Of a stretch of DNA of 64,000 bases, positions 57,847 to 64,000 are shown one piece after another. The notes beneath the pieces were generated by a model that was not told the DNA's origin, did not search any database, and saw only the letters and a list, made by a program, of their open reading frames with translations. The translations under genes were made by a program, and so were the position numbers. The stretch lies in IMG/VR virus record IMGVR_UViG_3300037454_000334, positions 1 through 64,000 of that record, one strand, 5' to 3'. The stretch comes from a virus. Its lineage: Duplodnaviria; Caudoviricetes. Each line of letters opens with the position of its first letter. Positions within the stretch are counted from its first letter, which is position 1.

Positions 57847-57880
57847 CAAATTTATATAAGGTTTGAAATAAAAGTGGGAC
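57847..57880 (-). promoter_or_regulatory. late promoter GTCCCA-N20-TAAATTTG
   Basis: Conserved architecture. Confidence 0.75.
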
Positions 57881-57914
57881 AACCCCCTGCCGAGGGCTGC
57901 CGCCACCAGTGTGA

Positions 57915-60900
57915 TTATGTACCCATGTAGCTCCAGTACCATTTGTAGTCGTAGTACACAAGTTCTGCGCGGTCGTAGTCATCGAGAGGCACCTGTGTCT
58001 CACTCTGGTAATCGCCGTCAACGACTATTCTGTCAGAACCCTGCACCTTGATGTAGATACCGTCGTCCAGGTTCTTGACGGTGATGACCTTCCCGTTGTG
58101 CGGATTATTGGGCAGGTAGATGTCACGTGTCCCCTTTCCAGCAATCACATAGTCATCATATTCATCCAGGGTGACATTGCCGGCACTGTCGGATATCTTC
58201 CTGATGGCACGACCCGCATAGAAGGGCGTCCATCCTTCACGCTTGTGCCACCGCTCCAGCTGCACGCCGGACGAGCCGTGGATGATGCGGAAGCCGTCCT
58301 GCGAGCCTCTTGAATAGAGGCCCTTGGTGTCGAGGATGGTGACGTTGGTCTCGCTCGAGCTCTGCGATTCCGAGCCGGAGTTGATCTTCACAAAAGCTCC
58401 GCCAACGCCGTTCGTCTGGAAGTCGTTGGCATAAACCTTGCCTGTCTTTCCGTCGACGGCGAAATTCGGGATGAAGGCGGAGGCAGAGCTCATATCGTTC
58501 GGGTTGAACCTCTGATAGCTGGAGGAGTCGTATCCGTTCACCTTGCCGTACTGCGATATCATCCAGTCACCATTAATGATGAACGAACCAAGATAGGCCG
58601 AGTCGGCAAACGTCACCTTCGTCATGAAATACTCGAAGACGGAGGTCATCTGCTCCCAGCCTGCTGCCGTCTGTGTGTCAGGCTCTGTCGTGTTTGCGCC
58701 AGAGGACTTGACATTCATCCAGAAGCTCGCTCCGTGCTTGACATAATAGCCGACAGTGGTGGTGTTCTCAATGGCTACGTAAGGATTTGACCCAGGCCCG
58801 CAGTCAACACCCCACACGCCGAGGTAGCGGTACCAGAGGCCTGTCTTGCCTTGGGATCCGGTGTCGCCTGTCAGGCGGACATACGACCAATCTGTATAGA
58901 TTCCGGTTGACGGGTTGTAAGTATGGGTACGCTGCCATACGAACGGCTTGTATACCGACGGCAACGGAGCTACAGATACCCAGTCGGACTCCCGGCAGTC
59001 TGCAGGCATTGCGCCGTCCTGTGCCGTCTTGTAGGCACTGAGGGCATACTGTTTCTCCTCGTATACCCCTTGTGGGCCCTGTGGTCCTGGCACGGTACTG
59101 GCATCGCCGGGGTCGCCCTTTGACCCGTCCCTGACGACCGGTATGGTCTCACGGTCGAGAATGGCGCCGTTTTTGAACAGCGCGAGGTACACGTTATCGT
59201 CGGAGACGAGGGCCTGAAGTTGGTTGGCGGGATTCAAGGCCGACCAGTCTTTCTCTGACGAATCCGACGCCGGCATCTTGCTCGTGCTGTACCGGACGGT
59301 CACGCCAAGCGACGACAGGTTAGCGCTGGTGGCGTCCTTGCTGTCGCTGCTGGAGCCGTCGATCTTCACCACCTTCAGCGAGAGGACCGGCGGGTTGTTG
59401 AGCGTGTTGTCATCGTTCCTCTTACACGGCAGCGCCGAGTGCGACGGCGACAGCTGGTAGAGGGCGTCCATCTTCGCCGCCGTGACGGTGAACACGGCCT
59501 TGTAAACGACGTCGTTGTATGAATAGCTGATCTCGATCTCATAGGAGTCGTTCATCGTCCTGCCTGCGAAGAATCCCCACGACAGCTTCTTCCCTTTCCC
59601 GGAAGCGGAGGCCGTGAACGTTGCCACTGGAGTCTGGCCTGTTGTGACGGGGCCTCCGGTGACGCTGATGCCTTTCCCCGTGCTCGGGTTGACGGCAGCG
59701 GCGCTGATGTCCACCTCCTTCGACCCGTCGTACAGGCTGACGACGGTCTCCACGGTGCGCGCCAGCGTCACCTTGCCGTCGCTGCTGGTCAGGACGGAGT
59801 CCATCTCGTTCGAGATGTCGAGCTTGGAGACGTTCTTCCCGTTCTCACCGTCCTTGATGACAGGCACCGTCTCCCGGTCGAGCAGCACGCCGGAGGAGTT
59901 GAACATGGCGATGAAGACGCTTGGGACGGAGCTGATGGCCTGATAGCTGTTGTCGGCAGGCCATGGGGATCCGCCTGATGCCGATGTCGGCATGCCGGAC
60001 GTGCTGTAGCGCACGATGACGCCCAGGTCCGTCAGCTTGTCGGCTATGGCGTCCAGCTCCTCGGTGCTCGCACCGTCGACCTTCACCACCTTCAGCGAGA
60101 GTGCCGGCGGGTCGTTGAGCGTGTTGTCTGCCTTCCTGGTGCATGGCAGCGCCGAGAGGGAGGGCGACAGCTGGTAGATGGGCTGGCCCTTCGACGGGGC
60201 GATGGTTATCACGGAAGTGTAGACCGTCCCCGTGTCTGGGTCCGGGTACCTGTAGTTGACCTTGACCTCCAGTGCGTTTTTCATGGAGAAGTTCTTGGTG
60301 ATCTTGAACGTCAGCTTCAAGCCCTTCCCTTCCTGCTCTTTTGGATATGGCGTCAGGCCGCCATCTGTCCACAGCTTGTTATCCTTGAGGGTTATCTCCG
60401 TCGTTCCATCAAACAGGCGGGCTATGGTTGTTATTATGCGTTCCTCCGTCACCAGCCCATTGGCGTCCGTCTGTACCATGTCCATCTCGTTCGACAGGTC
60501 GAGGCGGATGTTGCTGTCGCCGTAGTGGCTCCAGAGAGCCATCTTGCCCGAGTACTTCTCCCACTGGCGCTGGCCCTGGGAGGCGCCGGTCGTTGCCGGG
60601 GCAGCCTTGGTGCGCTTGGAAACCCACTCGTAGGGGTATTCGCGGCTGACGCCTGCAGGGTCGTCGGTACACTCGACGTTGCCAGAGAGCGACCCTCCGC
60701 TGGCCAGCGGCAGGTATTCGTCGTCGAGGTAGGTGCGGCCCCTGGAGTCCGTGCGGCTGTCCGCGCTGGCGACGATGGCCGGGGCGACGCTGGTCTTGGT
60801 GCGGATGTAGACGTACTCCATGCCGTCGCCGTCCTGCCCATTCTTCCCCCACTTGCTCCATATCCTCGGAGCGGAGAAGTCGCCCCAGGTGTGGCCGCCG

Positions 60901-63900
60901 GTGAAGCTGCCGGCACCCGTCGTGGCGGAGCTCTTGCGCTCCGACACCCATTCGAACGGGTTGGCGAGGCTGACGCCGGAGGGGTTGTCGGTCCAGCCGC
61001 TCGGAACGTAGTCGTCCACCGTCCTGTCCTGCGGGTTGGCGGGCGAGCCAGGGTTGTCTTCGGTGCTCGTCAGCTTGTAGACGTACTCCACGCCAGCGCC
61101 GTCCTCGCCCTTCGTGCCGCGAACGGCGGAGACGTGGTAGTGGTCCTCATAGGGGTAGTCCTTGCCGTTGTACCTGTAGCGCTCCGTGTCGGCGTCGTCC
61201 TTCGGCGTGGAGTAGAGCGTTCTCGTCCAGTTCCACTGGTAGGGCAGTGCCTCGCTCGGGGCGCGCTCGTACTTCTCGTCACCCCAGACCTGGACGTCGT
61301 CGAAGCCACTGGTGGGGATGACGCCGTAGGTGTTCTTGTCGTTGATGTCGGATGGCACGAGGATGCTGCTGCTGACGGGCGTCTGGCTCGATGACAGGGC
61401 GTAGAGCTCTATCACGCCGGCGATGCCGCGCGAGGCGTCGCCGATGCAGACGGGCTTGGTGGCGTACTCGGTGCCCATGCCGTCGACCCTCTGCTCAAAG
61501 TTCCACAGGTACCTGTCGGCGCTGCCCTCCTGGAAAGCGGGCCGCGAGGTCTTCCACAGCGTGGTGTTGATGTTCGGCTTCGACGCGGTGGCTGCCGCCA
61601 GCCTCCAGTTCTCGGCGGCCGGGTCGGAGGCGTTGTACCAGCGGATGCCGCACTGGTCGTAGGTCGTGCCGCCGAAGGCCGTGGCGAAGTCGGCGCTGCT
61701 GCGCAGGCAGTAGTACTCCTCCTGTCCGATCTGGCCGTCCTGGCCGATGCGCGAGCAGCGGTAGTTCACCAGGTCCGGCACGATCTTCGGCGTGCCGTCG
61801 TCGTTCCAGGCCTCGTACTTGACGACGGTCTTCTCCCACACGTTCCATCCCTGCATCTGGCCGACGCCGCCGTTGGCGGTGGCCGCCTCGCCGAAGGTGT
61901 TGTACCACTTCGCCTGCGTGCCGGCACGGTCCCAGCCGGAGTCGCCGGGCTTGGGGTAGGTGTCCGTCGAGGCGTTGACGACCAGCTCGGTGTTGCTCGT
62001 GGCGAGGTAGTAGGAGTCGATCTCCTCGATGCCGTCGCCGTCGATGCCCCAGCGGCTGACGCTGTACTCTCGCGTCGGCTCGCGGTCGGGGTCGTTGGGG
62101 TCGTCGTAGTATATCGTCGTGCGCGTCCACAGGTACTTGCCCATGCTCACGCCGGTGGCGGCGATGGTGGCCTTCCAGTCCGCAGAGTCGTCCGCCGGGT
62201 GGTTCAGGCCGTCCAGCGAGGCGGCGTAGTGGATCTTGCTGTCGACGATCTCCGTACCCTTGGAAACCTCCCTGAGCCACAGGTCGTTGTCCTTGGACGG
62301 CTCGCTGTAGGTATAGAGCCTTATCTTATAGACCGTCTGCCCGCCGACCTTTCCCGTGGCGTAGTAGTGGTCGGTGCCCGTGACGACCTCGTCGTCGGCG
62401 GTGTGGACGGAGTAGGTGAAGTTGCCCTCTCCGTACTCTATGTCCTCGACCTGCCACTGCTGGTATTCCGTGCCGTTGGCCGTCTCCCAGATGTAGTTGT
62501 CGAGGACCTGGCAGAGCCAGATGGAGCCCTTCCACGACACGCGGTCGTACCAATGGTAGCGCGTGTTCGGCGTCCACTCGCTCCTCTCCAGGGGGACGGG
62601 GAACTCATAGCCGGAATCGTCGAGGAGCTTGAATGCCTTCGAGCGGACGAGGAACTGCTCGGGGGACATCTCCCAGACTAGGCAGTTCTCGAACGAGAAG
62701 GTGTGGATGCCACGGTAGCCCTTGATAGCGGGCGGGTGGTTATCTGAGCCGGAGGTATAGAGACTGACGACATTCATGCGCGACTCGTCCGTGCGGTTTC
62801 CGATACATACAATGGTGTCGCCGGCCACGGGGATGCCGCTGCCGCCGTCGCGGAACGAGCGCTTCTCGTTGTCGGTGTAGGCGTGCCGGCGTCCCTGCGA
62901 GTCGGTGTAGTTCCATCCCTCGTAGGGCAGGTCGACAAAGTCGTATGCGTGCCCGTCCTCAAGCTTCTCCGAGCCAACATTAGTCACCAGTCTCCAGTAG
63001 TAGGCGGTCTCAAACGGACCCTCGATTGTTGTGTAGTCCGGCATTGGGGTGGCTGGGTCATCATTAAAGTGGTCCTCTTTCCAGTTGTAAGTGTTCTTAC
63101 GCTTGTTCTGCGAGGAAATAGCCTTGTTGAAGGTCTGGCACCTGGGCTGGTCGCCGACCTTCCACCAGTTGCGTGTGGCGGTGGTGCCGTTGTCGGCGAG
63201 AAGGTAACATCGGAAGTGGTGCACGCGGCTCCACTCGTCGTCGGACAGCTGTCGGCGGATGCGTTTGCGGGCAGCGTAGTTGAACACGCGCCCAAGGAAG
63301 GCGAAGCGCTTCAGCAGGAACGGCACCTTCATCACGGTGTAGCCAAGCGCCTCGTCGTTCTCGTCCATGTACTCCACGCGGTAGATGACGGAGCCTGCGG
63401 GCGAGTAGTGGTTGTTGCCGCCCACAAAGGTCTCCTCACGAATCTCCAGTTCCATGAAGGTGGCCTTCTTGCGCACCTTCAGGAAGTCGATTTCGAGCTC
63501 CGAGCCGCCCTCGCCGTTGTCGTTGGTCAGACGGAAGCCCGAGCCGTCGAGCAGACCGCTCTGGTAGTTATGCGAGCGCAGGTCGTCGATGTAGCCTTTG
63601 ATGGCATCGAGCGTACCCGTCACGTTCAGGTTGTGGATGGTCGCCTGTGCGGCCTCCAGGAAATTGAACACGGCATGGTTGATGGTCTTGATGAAGTCGA
63701 CCGTCCCGTCGGCCAGCAGCTTCCACCACGTGCCGTCGCCACCGGCATCGTAGGCCTCGTCGGAGTTCAGGCGGCCCGTGTCGATAGGTTCCTCCCACTC
63801 ACGGAAGGTATAGCCACTCTCGACGATATGGCCCGAGATGATGCCCTGCAGCCACACATAGTAATAATCCTCGTTGCCCACCTGCTCGCCGGCCTCGTTC

Positions 63901-64000
63901 ATGCCGTAGATGTCGAGTTCCTCGTCAGGGAAGCTGACGATGGCCTCGGTGCCCACCTCCTCGCTGCGGGGGATGGCCACACAGACGTACTTGTGCGTCT
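57915..64000 (-). CDS. giant tail/host-specificity protein (>2021 aa, 5' end outside window)
   Basis: Frame open to window edge; LEIDFLKVRKKATF motif, GxDGxGxEYVY repeats, two tandem SNEMD...ETVPV domains. Confidence 0.85.
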   Translation of the reverse strand, partial: THKYVCVAIPRSEEVGTEAIVSFPDEELDIYGMNEAGEQVGNEDYYYVWLQGIISGHIVESGYTFREWEEPIDTGRLNSDEAYDAGGDGTWWKLLADGTVDFIKTINHAVFNFLEAAQATIHNLNVTGTLDAIKGYIDDLRSHNYQSGLLDGSGFRLTNDNGEGGSELEIDFLKVRKKATFMELEIREETFVGGNNHYSPAGSVIYRVEYMDENDEALGYTVMKVPFLLKRFAFLGRVFNYAARKRIRRQLSDDEWSRVHHFRCYLLADNGTTATRNWWKVGDQPRCQTFNKAISSQNKRKNTYNWKEDHFNDDPATPMPDYTTIEGPFETAYYWRLVTNVGSEKLEDGHAYDFVDLPYEGWNYTDSQGRRHAYTDNEKRSFRDGGSGIPVAGDTIVCIGNRTDESRMNVVSLYTSGSDNHPPAIKGYRGIHTFSFENCLVWEMSPEQFLVRSKAFKLLDDSGYEFPVPLERSEWTPNTRYHWYDRVSWKGSIWLCQVLDNYIWETANGTEYQQWQVEDIEYGEGNFTYSVHTADDEVVTGTDHYYATGKVGGQTVYKIRLYTYSEPSKDNDLWLREVSKGTEIVDSKIHYAASLDGLNHPADDSADWKATIAATGVSMGKYLWTRTTIYYDDPNDPDREPTREYSVSRWGIDGDGIEEIDSYYLATSNTELVVNASTDTYPKPGDSGWDRAGTQAKWYNTFGEAATANGGVGQMQGWNVWEKTVVKYEAWNDDGTPKIVPDLVNYRCSRIGQDGQIGQEEYYCLRSSADFATAFGGTTYDQCGIRWYNASDPAAENWRLAAATASKPNINTTLWKTSRPAFQEGSADRYLWNFEQRVDGMGTEYATKPVCIGDASRGIAGVIELYALSSSQTPVSSSILVPSDINDKNTYGVIPTSGFDDVQVWGDEKYERAPSEALPYQWNWTRTLYSTPKDDADTERYRYNGKDYPYEDHYHVSAVRGTKGEDGAGVEYVYKLTSTEDNPGSPANPQDRTVDDYVPSGWTDNPSGVSLANPFEWVSERKSSATTGAGSFTGGHTWGDFSAPRIWSKWGKNGQDGDGMEYVYIRTKTSVAPAIVASADSRTDSRGRTYLDDEYLPLASGGSLSGNVECTDDPAGVSREYPYEWVSKRTKAAPATTGASQGQRQWEKYSGKMALWSHYGDSNIRLDLSNEMDMVQTDANGLVTEERIITTIARLFDGTTEITLKDNKLWTDGGLTPYPKEQEGKGLKLTFKITKNFSMKNALEVKVNYRYPDPDTGTVYTSVITIAPSKGQPIYQLSPSLSALPCTRKADNTLNDPPALSLKVVKVDGASTEELDAIADKLTDLGVIVRYSTSGMPTSASGGSPWPADNSYQAISSVPSVFIAMFNSSGVLLDRETVPVIKDGENGKNVSKLDISNEMDSVLTSSDGKVTLARTVETVVSLYDGSKEVDISAAAVNPSTGKGISVTGGPVTTGQTPVATFTASASGKGKKLSWGFFAGRTMNDSYEIEISYSYNDVVYKAVFTVTAAKMDALYQLSPSHSALPCKRNDDNTLNNPPVLSLKVVKIDGSSSDSKDATSANLSSLGVTVRYSTSKMPASDSSEKDWSALNPANQLQALVSDDNVYLALFKNGAILDRETIPVVRDGSKGDPGDASTVPGPQGPQGVYEEKQYALSAYKTAQDGAMPADCRESDWVSVAPLPSVYKPFVWQRTHTYNPSTGIYTDWSYVRLTGDTGSQGKTGLWYRYLGVWGVDCGPGSNPYVAIENTTTVGYYVKHGASFWMNVKSSGANTTEPDTQTAAGWEQMTSVFEYFMTKVTFADSAYLGSFIINGDWMISQYGKVNGYDSSSYQRFNPNDMSSASAFIPNFAVDGKTGKVYANDFQTNGVGGAFVKINSGSESQSSSETNVTILDTKGLYSRGSQDGFRIIHGSSGVQLERWHKREGWTPFYAGRAIRKISDSAGNVTLDEYDDYVIAGKGTRDIYLPNNPHNGKVITVKNLDDGIYIKVQGSDRIVVDGDYQSETQVPLDDYDRAELVYYDYKWYWSYMGT

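Noticed and set aside
57915-64000. Second DGR target in the giant tail protein
   Set aside because: No TR-like sequence seen outside 50540-50721.

Overview
This 64-kb window is a segment of a tailed, probably temperate phage genome. The host is inferred to be Bacteroidales (Prevotella-like), from repeated TAnnTTTG -7 promoter boxes and the gene content. Two divergent early/accessory arms start at a promoter pair near 16.5 kb. The left arm (minus strand, 65-16450) carries a NARP1-like NAD+ reconstitution pair (Prs-like plus Nampt-like) split by a HAD gene, a metallophosphoesterase, an ABC-type ATPase, an adenine MTase and a radical SAM protein. The right arm (plus strand, 16628-33595) carries an SF2 helicase, a radical SAM protein, a broken MTase and many small ORFs. 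The late region (minus strand, 33.8-64 kb) encodes tail and fibre proteins, a complete diversity-generating retroelement (DGR: target with VR, MutS-like accessory gene, TR, RT), a nine-gene Cys-rich operon, holin-like genes, an S49 protease/scaffold, the capsid and a probable tail-tube protein; a tyrosine recombinase and an HTH gene sit on the plus strand within it. Main observations: (1) the DGR RNA leader holds a bipartite element matching both strands of the VR 3' junction, a possible RNA guide for target recognition; (2) an identical -1 frameshift cassette ends both the capsid and the tail-tube gene; (3) a GGAGGACTGA-N3-ATG motif marks 14 accessory gene junctions; (4) a phage-specific late promoter, GTCCCA-N20-TAnnTTTG; (5) poly-G tracts in both MTases; (6) shared terminal motifs among the fibre proteins. 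All family assignments come from motifs recognised by eye; no database search was run.
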